A stretch of DNA of 64,000 nt, taken from contig MU058636.1 in the NCBI GenBank assembly GCA_013265495.1, positions 434,001 through 498,000 of the forward strand, in the 5' to 3' direction. This DNA is from Vicugna vicugna (taxonomy: Eukaryota). Positions 52,476 to 64,000 of this stretch are shown piece by piece. The position numbers were made by a program, and so were the translations under genes. Positions within the stretch are counted from its first letter, which is position 1, and the number at the start of each line of letters is the position of its first letter. Below the pieces are notes generated by a model. The model did not search any database. It was not told where the DNA came from and saw only the letters and a program-made list of their open reading frames with translations.

Positions 52476-54879
52476 CCCCACTCTAGCTGCTCTGGTCCCT
52501 CCCCTCCGGGGCCCCCTGGCCAGTCTCTCAGCCTCTTCGCACCTCTCTCCCAGTGACTTCCTGAGCCCCGGCAGAATTGCCCTCTGTCCTGTCTTCTCAA
52601 CAGACTAAACTCTCCTTCCTCTCGAACTGGGCTGTTCCATTCCCCTTCAAAAGGCTGATGGTTCTCCCCTCCAGCCCCCGCCACTGTTTGTGTGTTTAAC
52701 TTCCATGTTTCCTGTGTCTCCCTCTGGGCCAGAATCGTCCGAGGGGCCAGGGATCTTCCTCTCCCCCTAAATCTCTAGCACCTGGAGGAGAACCTTGTAC
52801 CCAGTGGTGCTCCAGGAATGTGTCCAACACATGGTCAAGCAGTACATGATGAGTTACACCCAAATGTCGAGCCTCTGCGGGGATCAGCGTCTGTATGGAG
52901 CTGGGCTGGATGGACCACCTAAACCTCACCTCCCAGGGGCCACTTACTCAGCCTCAACCATGGGGACGCGGTGAAGGGGAGAGTTGTTGCAGTTTTGTTG
53001 GCTATTGGTTTACACTGGGCTCTGAGCCCCCGGAAAGTAAATGTCATAACAGCTTTCCCTCAACTCGGATGGCCTGTGACCTTGATCCAGACCTGGCTGT
53101 CGTGGGGACGCACTTTGTCTAAATGAGGCTTTGCGTTGTTCTGAGTTAGACTGTGACTCGAGTCTCGTTGCTGGTGAGCTGACGCAGGGTTCTTTCCTTA
53201 GATAGCAAGTTAAAAGTGACAGCGTGAACGAGAGCGCTGACCCTGCCCGTCCAAAAAACACTTGAGGCCGGGGGACGCATCTGGACGTTTTTTTGGTGTT
53301 TTTGTTTGTTAACGCCTCTCTCTGTAGTAAACATTCCAGCTTTAAAATGTTGACGTCTCTGATTTTCATGGATCTGTTTCCCAGCACCAGTAATGTGGGA
53401 CTTTGTAATATTACATAAATTTCCAGAAAGTTCAAATGCCGGGACGCTAATGACTCATGAGAGGAATCAGGTGTTGAGGAAGAGACAGGCTGTGTCTGTA
53501 GTGGGGAGAGGGGGAGAGCGAGAGGGAGGGAGCAAGCAGGAGCCAGACTTCATCTTCACTTGCAGAACTGCAGGCAGGCTGTTTGTTTCCTGGGTTGTCT
53601 GTTTGATTCTTTTTCTTTAGCAATTACTGACCTGATTATAGTGTGTTAGTTATACCCCCAAGTCACTGATGAGGATCGTTTCCAATTTTTTGGAAACACT
53701 GAAGGGTAGAATTATGATCATGTTTACTTTTTATTTCATCATTTTGTTTTCAGTTTGCCCTATGAATTTTGTTAGAGTTAAGCACTTTTTTGATAGTTAA
53801 AGGCCTTAAGGGGTGAGTTGAATCGAGAGTTGCACAAAATGTTGGCCTTTGCCTCCTCTAAAAGAGAGATACCGTAACTATATTAAAAGACCCTCCCATC
53901 TTAACTGAGAGGCAGCAGCTTTCCTGGGCTTTTCCCTCTTAATTATATAAGCAGTGCCAAGTGGGATGTAATAATATGATTTTAAGTTGATAATTAGTGT
54001 GTGGAAGGCACTTGGCAATGAGACGCACAGCAACGTCAGTGGCACAGAAAAACCTAAGCATGGTCCAAATGTCGATACAGACATGAAACCAATACCAGGA
54101 AGTCAGTAATTCAGTAGTGTTTTTTGGGAAATACAGTCAGTTACTTTAAATTTTTTAATCAAAATAAAACATGTAGTTTGCCTAAAACTTATAAATCACA
54201 GCATGTGGAGGCATGGGATGTGTGTGTAGGTACAGATGTGTATACATGGACAGTATGTGTGTGTTTACACATCAGTGAAAATGATCAATCTTACCCCTAC
54301 TTGGACTTCTCTTGTAGCTGTAATTCTTAAAGAAAACCTCCTTTAGACGCTTCTCCTAGAAATTGTCTTTATATCGCTAACTAACTTGCTTGTACCTTGG
54401 CTTGGTGTGTGCATTTCAGACCTAACCCCTGACTTTGTGTCTTGGTTGGGGAGGGGCCCCCTCCCACCAAGCCTGCCCCCACTCCTCCAACTTCCATCAT
54501 AGTCACATCTATCATTTTAATTAATGCTCAGAACCCTGTTAACTTCCTTAAAATTATGTAAATAGTGTTTGCTCCAGAGCCAAGAAGTATGTTAGGACTA
54601 CTTTTCCTTCCTTGCTCTGTTTGTCCTGTAGATTCTAAAAGCTGCTCTTTTCGTGTCTTGCCCTAACTGAATTCCACATTCTTCTGAAGCTCTGCCGAAT
54701 ACTCTCCAGCTGTTCCATCATATTACGTGTTTTCTTGCATCTTCCTGTCCGCCTCCCCCTCCCTCTGAAGCCGTGGTCCTCCAGGCTCCATCTAGATTGC
54801 TGGTGCTTGAGAGAGCAGCCCGCTTCCTTCTGCTGTGGAAATTTGTTTCGTGAACCCCTTATCTTCTTTATTCTCGACT

Positions 54880-55640
54880 CCTTCACTCGTGTCCCTTATG
54901 CACGTACATCGGTAGGTTCTTGAGAAGTGTTACATAGGTGGTGTATTTCCAAGGCACTGGATAGCCAAAAATATCTTTGTTCTTTGATTGTATTTAGTTG
55001 GTAGATTGTCTGGGTATAAAATCCGAGGCTGAATTCTTTGTCTCTCAGAATGCTGTGTGTCCTTTAACTTCCTTCTCATCGACTGGAGAGAAACTCACTG
55101 TAATTCTGATTCCCAGTCCTTTGTATTCAGACTCCAGAGTATTTCTCTGCCTTCTCTTTATGTTCAGTGTGCTGAAATTTACAAAAACGTGTGTGTATCT
55201 TCTTCCGTTTATGTGCCTTTTCAACCTAGAGATTGGTTTTCTTTTGTCTAGGAGATTTTCTTATTTTATTGTCATGTCCTCCATCTTCTGCATTTTGTCT
55301 CTACTACAGCTTAGTCATATACTAACCTTCTGGATCTATCTCCCAAGCTGCTTATATTTTTGAAATTTTACTCTTATTCTTTGCCCTGTTGAAGATTCCT
55401 TGACTTATCTGCCAACCCCATTAATGAGACTTTTTAAAATGTTAATCTTTTTCTTTCTCTTTAATTTTTAAGTGCTTTATTTTCTTTTCCCCCTACTTTC
55501 ATAGTAGCATTCTGCTCTTAGTTTATGGATGTAATATCTTCTCCTGTCTCTTTGAAGATATGAAATAAAATTTATTTGAAATTTTCTTTTGTTCCCTTAT
55601 TTATCTCCATTTTATCTAGGGTTTTTTTTTCTGTTTTTGA
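54880..55640 (-). mobile_element. Very old L1 5'/ORF1 (or HAL1-like) remnant
   Basis: T-rich; tgtctgggtataaaat, tttctctgccttctctttatg, cttctggatctatctc. Confidence 0.45.
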
Positions 55641-56324
55641 AAGAAAGCTCTTCTTAGAAGCTCCAATATGTGGTTTTGGACTTTCTTTAATTAGCTCTTT
55701 TGTTTCTTATTTGCATATTTTAACATTCATGTAATAATGGAAACACTGAAACACTAAGTTAATACATTTCAGATGATAATAAGAGTAATATGTGCTCATG
55801 ATAATTTGGCCCTGAGACGAAAGGTGACAGCATTTTCCATCGTTTATCACACTTATTTTCCTCTCCTGAAAGAACTTTCCAAAAAGTTACGAAAATAACA
55901 GAGCACGAACTTCTTAGCTGCTCTGGATAATGACAAGCAGTATGCCTGTTCGTTCACATCCTGTTGTGAAAAAGAACGTGACATGGTGCAGGTGTAAAGA
56001 ACACATCATCATTACCGTGTGCACACACCTGCTTGGGTAGGAGTCGGGAGGACTTTCTCTGGGATGAATCCTGGAACTTTTCCCGGATGTGAGTGATCGA
56101 TTGGGTTACACATAATATTCAGGCTAAATTGTGCATTAGCGTATTTGATGGAGGTCTCAGAATGACAGGAATCTGCGGCAAGAAGGGGCGTCACGAGAGC
56201 TAGCTCCTCGTAAAGCACGCCGCGTGCTGCAGTTAGTGCCTTCGGCAGCCGCTGACACTGCCCCCGTTAGCATCCTAGGGCTTTACGAGGTTGATGAATG
56301 CTTCTGCTGGTGGTGGTGTTTTCC

Positions 56325-56447
56325 TTTTTGGTGGGGGTGGTAATTAGATTTTTAAAATTTATGTATTTTTAATGGAGGTACCGGGGACTGAACCCAGGAC
56401 CTTGTGCATGCTAAGCATGCACTTTACCACTGCTCTGTACCCTCCCT
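56325..56447 (-). mobile_element. Vic-1-like SINE, full length
   Basis: Same head and tail as the other copies; TCTGCTGGT on both flanks (TSD-like). Confidence 0.92.
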
Positions 56448-57032
56448 CTCTGCTGGTTGTTAAACTGTTATTCTGAAATCATAAATACATGCACTTAAAA
56501 TAGACACGTTGCCTTAGAAATGCCTCAAAATTATTTTAAATCAATTATGTTCTAAGTATTAATAATGCCATAATTAAACATAAAGCAATAAAATGCCATC
56601 ATAGTAGCTTGGTTGCTACAAATTTATTGAGTAAATACTATTCCTTCTGAAAATAAAAACTGAGAGCAAAAAAAGGGGAAGAGAAAGGAGAAAGTGTTCA
56701 GAGATGGTTTTCCTTGGAAAACTCTAAGCCTGATTCACCAGCTTCCCTCTGCCCTTTACTGACAACCTTGTAAGGCCTGGTACAGGTGTATGGCATGGAC
56801 CAAGAGGTGATGCTTCTGGTGGTACCTCCAGTTTTAATTTGTTCAGAGATCTTGTAATCAACACCTGCGGAAGCAGCTCCCAACGTGGGGCCTTTGAGAA
56901 AGCTGTGCTTCTGAGAGCCCACAGCTGAGAGCTGGGAACTTTGAACACAACAGCTGGGACAGAGGGCAGTTTGTAGGTACTTCTACAGACTGGGCCATGG
57001 TTTTAGCTTTAGTTGAAATTTGAAGTCAGAAC

Positions 57033-57625
57033 TTTTTTTTGTTTGTTTTATTTCGGTTTGTTTTAATTTTAAAATATTTTTATTGAAGTGTAGTTAATTT
57101 ATAATGTGTTAGTTTCAGGTGTACAGCGAAATAATTCTTTTCCGTTATAGGTCTTTCTTATTAATGAAGTATAGTCAGTTACACTGGCAGTTTCTGGTGC
57201 AGAGCATCGTGTCCCCGTCATGCATATACATGCATGTATTTGTTTTCATATTCTTTTTCATTAAAGGTTATTATAAAATATTGAATATGCTTTCCTGTGC
57301 TATACAGAATAAATTTGGTTTTGTATCTATTTTTATATGTATTTATCTATGTATATCAAATTTATCCCTTCCCACCCCTTTTCCTCCCAGTAACCATAAG
57401 ATTGGTTACTATGTTTGCAAGTCTGTTTCTGTTTTGTAGATGAGTTCATCAGTGTCCTTTTTTTTTTTTTTAAAGATTCTGCGTATGAGTGATAACATAC
57501 GGTATTTCTCTTTCTCTTTCTGGCTTACTTCACTTAGACTGATTATCTCCAGGTCCATCCATGTTGCTGCAGATGGCATTATTTTTTCTTTTTATTGCTG
57601 AGTAGTATTCCATTGTATAAATATA
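57033..57625 (-). mobile_element. Two adjacent L1 3' ends (short 57033-57150; longer 57153-57625)
   Basis: Two separate tgaagt(g/a)tagt termini. Confidence 0.88.
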
Positions 57626-58944
57626 TTTTTTATTTAACTAACTAGTTAAAAAGGGAAAGGAGGTGTTGCCCATTAGATTTTATGGATGAAATCATTTAAA
57701 ACTTGAATGAGCTAAATCTGCCACTCTAAGATTTGAAAGAAGACTTAAAGCGTGTAAGACAGGATGACTGTATCATCTGAGCACAGACTTAGAGAACTTC
57801 AGGTACAGAGAATGTGATGTGAGTCAGGCTGCCCTGTGTGAGAAGAAGAAACTACTTTATCGAACAAAATATGCTAGCAATTGTGTATTAAAAATGAAAA
57901 ATATTTTTATTTTCCCCAAACCTTTCTGAGGGGTATCAGGTGAAAAGGGTGTGTCTCTATTAAAATGTAGCAGGAATCATTAGAAGTTATTTAAAACTTT
58001 TTGTTATAGGCTTCAGATATGCTTCCTAGACATTAGGAGAGTAAATTATTCTGGTGAACAGTTGACCAGTTCTTTCTCAAGTCAGTGGTTTCTGATTCTT
58101 TGCTTCTTGGAAACTTTGCAAAGGACCTGATCAAGATGTTAGCAGATAGGTGATTTTAAAGAACTTGACTAGTAGAACACTATTGTCTTTTGGTACATGG
58201 CTCAGAGGTCCAAAGTACTGATGGATATTGCCCTAATAAAACTTAACATTCTCATTTATTATGTGAACTAGACTTCTAAGGACTCAGACCTATAGAAATG
58301 AGCAATAGGAATAGAAATGAAGTTGAACCCTGTCAGGTAAAATATCCTTTCTCAGTTACATGAGTGAATAGACTGGGGGAGGACTTTGCTCCATCTATAT
58401 CATTAAAAGGTACATTTCCAACAAAACTGTATTATATTTTATTTATTATTTAATAGTTATCAAAAATTATGATTTTTATCAATTATATGCCGCTAATATC
58501 TGTAATGAAAACTCAGTACAGAGGAACTTTTTAAACATAGAACCCCATAGCCACAGAGAATTAAAAGAAATTCAATTTTAATTTCTTTTCTTTATTATTT
58601 TTTTTTGAAGCATGGTAGGGTAATCAATAAAGGACTCTTGAACAAAAATGCATTAAATTAGGGTTAAATTATATCTGGGTCAAGTGGAATGGAAAACAAG
58701 TTACAGACAAAAAGAAACAGTGTAGAATTTCTGACTCTTAAGAAGTATTTGTTCCTATATCTCTTAAAGTGGGTTGTGATGAGCATCAGCTGGTGATACT
58801 TAGAATCCAGTGGCCACATTAAAAGGTGTAAATGATCTAAATTTATTTTAAGGTGTTGATATTTACAATATGCCAGAAATTATGTCCTTTACAACTGCCT
58901 GAACTTATCATTAAAACATTTACATTACCTTGAGATATATTGAG

Positions 58945-60510
58945 ACCAAAGTAATCTACAGACTCAGTGCAATCCCTGTCAAAATGCCAGTTATGTTTTT
59001 TGGCAGAAGTAGAAAAACTCATCCTAAAATTTTTATGAAATCTTAAGGGACCTCAATAGACAAAAGTCTTGAAAGGAAGAACAATGTTGGTGGAATCATA
59101 TTTCCTGATTTTAAAACTAGCTACAAAGCTATAATAGTCAGAACAGCGTGGTACTGGCATAAAGACAGACACATAAAGCAATGGAATATGGAACCTATAA
59201 ATAAAGCCTTGCATATACAGCCAGATGATAAGGGTGCCAAGACCTTTAAATGGGGAAAGGACTGTTTTTCAATAAATAATGCTAGGAAAACTGGGTATCC
59301 ACGTGCAAAAGAAAATTAGGCATTTACCTTATACCATATAGAAAAATTAACTCAAAGTGGATCAAAGACTTAAATGGGAAAGCCAAAACTATATACGCTT
59401 AGAAGAAAACACGGGTGAAAGAATATTAGTGATTTCTTGGGTACGACACCAAAAGCACAGGCAACGAACTAAAATATATATAAATTGGACTTTTTCAAAA
59501 TTAAAAATATTGTGCATCAAAAAAATGCTATCAACAGAATGAAAAGCAACCCATAGTATGGGAGAAAGTATTTTCAAATCATGTATCTGATTGATAAGGG
59601 ATTAATATCCAGAATATGTAACTCTTACAACTCAACAACAGCAAAAAGAGAACCCAGTGCAAAAACCAGTAAAGGACTTGAATAGACATTTCTCCAGAGA
59701 AGATGCTCAGCATTTCTCACCGTGAGGGAAATGCAGATCAGAACCACAATGAAATACCAGTTCTCACAATTTGCACCCATTAAGATGACTGCCAAAAACA
59801 ACAACAACAACAACACACACACACAGGAAATAACAAGTATCGGTGAGGATATGGAGAAATTGGAATACTTGTGCCTTGCTGGTGGGAAAGTGAAATGGTG
59901 CAGCCGTTGTGGAAATCAGTATCAAACTTCCTCAAAAAGTTGAACATAAAATTACCATGTAATCCAGCAATCCCACTTCTGTGTACACACCCAAAAGCTC
60001 AAAAGCATGGGCTTGAACAGATACTTGGATGTCAGTGTTCATAGGAGCATTATTCACGTTATCCAAAAGGTGGAAACAATCCAGGTGTCCATCGATGGAT
60101 GAATAGATAAGCAAAGTGTGCTCTACACCTATAGTGAAATATTATTCAGCCTTGAAAAGGACTGAAATGCTGATCATTGCTACAACATGGACGAACCTTG
60201 AAAACATTATGCTAAGAGGTATAAGGCAGACACAAAAGGACAGATATTGCGTGATTCCACTTATGTGGAGTAACTGGAATAGTTAAATTCACATAGACAG
60301 AAAGTGGAAGGGTGGTTGCCAAGGACTGGAGGGAGGAGAGAATGGACAGTGATTATTTGTGGGAACCGTTTCAGGTTGGAATGATGAAAAAGTTCTGTAG
60401 GTGGAGAGTAACATTTTACAACAATGTCAAGGTACCTACTGCCACTGAATTGTACACTTAAAAAGGGTTAAAATGGTGAATTTCACGTTGTGTGTATTTA
60501 ACCACCATAA
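58945..60510 (+). mobile_element. L1MB-type element, ORF2 C-terminus + 3' UTR, with a (CAA)n/(CA)n tract at ~59795-59824
   Basis: IYRLSAIPVK, VRTAWYWHKDRHI and [11 protein letters not shown]; terminus ccactgaattgtacacttaaaaagggttaaaatggtgaattt. Confidence 0.92.
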
Positions 60511-60894
60511 ACTATATATTTATTGAGATACTTTTTCAGATCTATAGATACGTAGTTTTCAGATTTCTCCAAGGCAGTGTGTGCATCGTGGTTCAGATGC
60601 TTGAAGAACAGCTGTCTAATGTCCTTCACAGCCTGATTCCGGGCCTCTCATCTCACTTCATTTCCCTTCTTCTGGCCACCTGGAAATTCATGTTTGCTGC
60701 AGTTACATACAAGTCATTCCTCTGCCCTTAATGGCCCTCTCCCCTAGGACTTGATGATGGAATCTGATACTTTGAGACCCAGCCAAGTGCCTGCCACCTT
60801 TGAAAAGGCTATGGTGACTCCTGTAGACAGAACCCATTTCCTGAAGGCCTTTTCCATACTTTTCCATTTTCTGATTCATCCCAAACTTGTCCCC

Positions 60895-61005
60895 AACCAG
60901 ACTGAGGTCCTGAAGGGCAAGGATGCTTCACCTTTGTGATGGCTACACATAGCACAGGGCATAATTTGAAGCACGGTCTTAGTAAATACTTCCATAACTG
61001 AATTT
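60895..61005 (+). mobile_element. L2 3' end
   Basis: agactgaggtcctgaagggcaagga...tagcacagggc...cttagtaaatact. Confidence 0.55.
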
Positions 61006-62039
61006 TTAAAAATAAATATGATTCTTTTCTTATAATCCTCCTCTGACAGAGGAGACAGACCTTTTCCTCTGCTTTCCAGAAGAAGTAAATAAGGAAAAGA
61101 AATCTCACACCTTGCCCAGGGTACAGGCATCAGGTGGCCAGCGGGGATGGAGGGACAGCATCAAAATTTGGTTGCCTTCTTACAGCCCCGGTCTGTGGAG
61201 CCAGGCAGTAAGTCTTACTGTCCATATGTGAAGAGCATTACTTTATTTGTTACAAAACACTTGTTCTCAAATATTTGCCATAGGTCCTCTCTGTAAATGA
61301 AATGATCTTATCCATATTCCTGCTACCCCTTCTGTAATAAACCCCCTGCCACTGTTCCAACACCAGGAGGTTGGAAACAACTTTATCATTAATGGACGAG
61401 AACTAACCAGTGGCCCCCAGATGAAAGTCTCATTATTTCATTACTAGTCTCCAGAGCTGTTTGGTCTCCTGACACTGAAGCACAGGATTTGGGCTGAGAG
61501 TCTAAGCCTTGAACTATTAAAAAATGTAAGTAGTCCTTGACACAATTTGGAGCGATTACATTCTATTGTGCCAAGAATTCCTTATTAAAAATCAATGTAA
61601 TTATGCACACTCCATCTGGTTGAAATTATGGTCTTTTATGGGAAGGAAACCCGACTTTGTATTTACCTGATGTCCCATAGGATAAGTATGTCATTTTGCA
61701 GAAACGGACGTATTTTTGTAGCACTGAAAAATTAAGGAAATTTTGAAAGTACTTACCAGATTTCCCTTTACTATCTTTTGTGACTTTTGAGCTCTAAGAT
61801 TCAAATTCTTGCATCATTTGGGATTTTAATGGAAAAGAAAATGTTAAACTAAAGTAAGAAAATTTGTATGTGCACATCATATGCTACATCTATAGGCAAG
61901 GAGCAATTTCTGTTTTTTTACTTAGGACATTCTAATCCCTGTAGACATAACTTAGAGTGTCATCTTAGTATTAATTTGTTTTTTATTCAGAGAATTTGGA
62001 TAATGAAAGGTGAGAGGCTTACTTTTGATTGTGGGCTGG

Positions 62040-62504
62040 TATACCAATCTTTCTCAAACTCTTCCAAAAGACTGAAGAGGAGGGGACACTCCCAAACTCA
62101 TTCCATGAAGCCACCATCACCTTGATACCAAAACCAAAGACACTACCAAAAAAGAGAATTACAGACCAATATCTTTGATGAACACAGATGCAAAAGTCCT
62201 CAACAAAATATTAGCAAATCAAATCCAGCAACACGTGAAAAAGATTATACAACACAATCCAGTTGGATTCATCCCAGGAACACAAGGATGGTTCAACATA
62301 CACACATTAACGTGCTCTACCACATCAGCAAAAGTAAGGACAGAAATCACATGATCATCTCAATAGATGCAGAAAAACCATTTGATAAAATTCAACATCC
62401 ATTTGTGATAAAAACCCTTCCCAAAATGGGTAGAGAGGGAACACAGCTTGACATAATAAAAGCTATTTATGACAAACCCACAGCCAACATAATACTCAAC
62501 AGTG
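62040..62504 (+). mobile_element. Internal L1 ORF2 fragment (start of the RT domain)
   Basis: [56 protein letters not shown] and [12 protein letters not shown]. Confidence 0.95.
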
Positions 62505-62954
62505 TTGGTCTGCTGGGTCAGTTTCAGCCATATTAGCAAAAGATTGTGTATTTCAGCTCAGAATATTGCAGGAAAATCTTTTTGAAACCAGAATGATTGC
62601 ATTTTGTTTTGTGAAATGAGGAAGATGTTTGTGGCTTGTCTTTCAAAACAGTTTGTATCTTAAACTAAAAAGGAGCCTTTTTAGCTTCCCTCCACAACAT
62701 TAGAGGCTTAAGATTTAGATCATTTTGTTAATACGTTTTTTGAGCTTCTAATGTACTTGTAGTTGTGAAGTTATTTTGTCCTGTTACAATCATAAACTGT
62801 CAGCAGCATGGTTAGCAGCCATGAGTATTGACTTGATTCTGGGTCGCCTGGACTTCGATGTTTTTAAAAATTACTTGATTGCTATGTCGGGTCTGCTGTT
62901 CACAACTACAGCAGTCTACCATTAAACACCTGTTGGGTGGCAGCCATGATGTCG

Positions 62955-63110
62955 TCCGTCACCCCTGTGCCCTGGTTTCCTCCCTTGTGAGATGCAGCTC
63001 ATGCCTGTTTGTTGGGATTGCGCTGAGGTTTACGTGAGATAATCCATTTAGAGTCACTGGAAGGTTCTGTGCAGAGTAAGCATTAAATGTATGTTCCCTT
63101 TTGTAGTTAT
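62955..63110 (+). mobile_element. MIR SINE
   Basis: ctgtgccctggtttcctcccttgtgagatg...gaggtttacgtgagataatccatttagagt...gcagagtaagcattaaat. Confidence 0.7.
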
Positions 63111-64000
63111 CATCGAAAACAACAGCAGTTCTGCCGTGTTTTGGTTTTTTTTTTCCCCCCATTTGTTCTTTAAAAAAAAAAGCAGCAGCAGCAGCTTGGG
63201 GGATTAAGGAAGCTGCCCTGATCACGTGGCCATTCAGGGAGTGGAGCTGGCTGGTGCAGTTTACAGGCGATGGGGTAGACAGGTAACAAGGGAACAGAGA
63301 TTACAGGAGAGAAATGAACGTGGTGGAGCGACAGACAGTAACCAGGTCTTTTCTGTATAGTTCTTGAAAGGAATGCTCATTCGTTATGTACTAGCAATGT
63401 ATAAAGGAGAAACAGCTTTCCTTCGTCTGTCTTTATTTCTGTGCTATTAGTCAGTACCTTCTGTTCCTTTCCTTGTAGTCCTAGAAATACTTAAACATGT
63501 AGCATTTTTGTTGTAGTTTCACCAAAAATGGATTCTATACACATTACTCTGTAACTGGTTCTTGTCTGCTTGCCTTGAGAAACCTTTAGAAGTTTTGTGA
63601 GTGTGCGGCGTTGGCTCCTAGCACTGAGCCAGTCCAGGACCGACCCAGAAAGAGAAAACTTGAAACCTCCCGGGGATGGAACAGCCCCTTTGTTGCAGCA
63701 GTCTTCATTTAATTCTGGCCATTCAGGCCCTTGTTTACTGGATGAAACACACTTGCGGGGAAAGTTCCTAGGGTATCTTTCTCCTACTATTGTGACGATT
63801 ATTACTGTTGCTGGTTTTATTTCTGATAGCCCTTGCTCTATAATCGCTTCCCTGATTTTTTACCCCTTGATTTCCTATCAACCTGCCAACCGACTTACCT
63901 GTTCATTTTGCCTTTTCTTCTGTCAGCCTCATACTGGTTCTTTGGCACTTATGCCTTCATTTACATCCATGTAGATTTTGCATTTGAAAACACAGACTTG

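Noticed and set aside
56236..56250. U6 snRNA-like CTTCGGCAGC
   Set aside because: Only ~10 nt match; the rest of U6 is absent.

Overview
Mammalian intronic DNA, most likely camelid (alpaca/camel/vicuna), judged from six tRNA-Ala-derived Vic-1-type SINEs. The window lies inside the + strand P4-ATPase (aminophospholipid flippase) gene ATP8A2. Only two coding exons are present: 22690-22873 (184 bp, [11 protein letters not shown]-domain motif) and 26818-26928 (111 bp, HGAWSYNR...FYKN, leading into M5). The rest is intron filled with L1 fragments of several ages, SINEs, MIR, L2, hAT MITEs, a probable MaLR LTR and microsatellites. All other ORF-track entries are L1 remnants or chance ORFs. I found no convincing novel multi-gene system. 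The most notable observations are: (1) a small tandem duplication copying the 3' end and splice donor of the 111-bp exon 58 nt downstream, with a better-consensus donor; (2) inverted young L1 copies bracketing the two exons; (3) tail-less internal L1 fragments, two with apparent target-site duplications; (4) a clear twin-primed L1 inversion; (5) an L1 nested in a SINE; (6) strong local AT-to-GC substitution skew; (7) an unexplained ~85-nt hairpin at 56.2 kb. Repeat family names and boundaries were judged by eye and are approximate.
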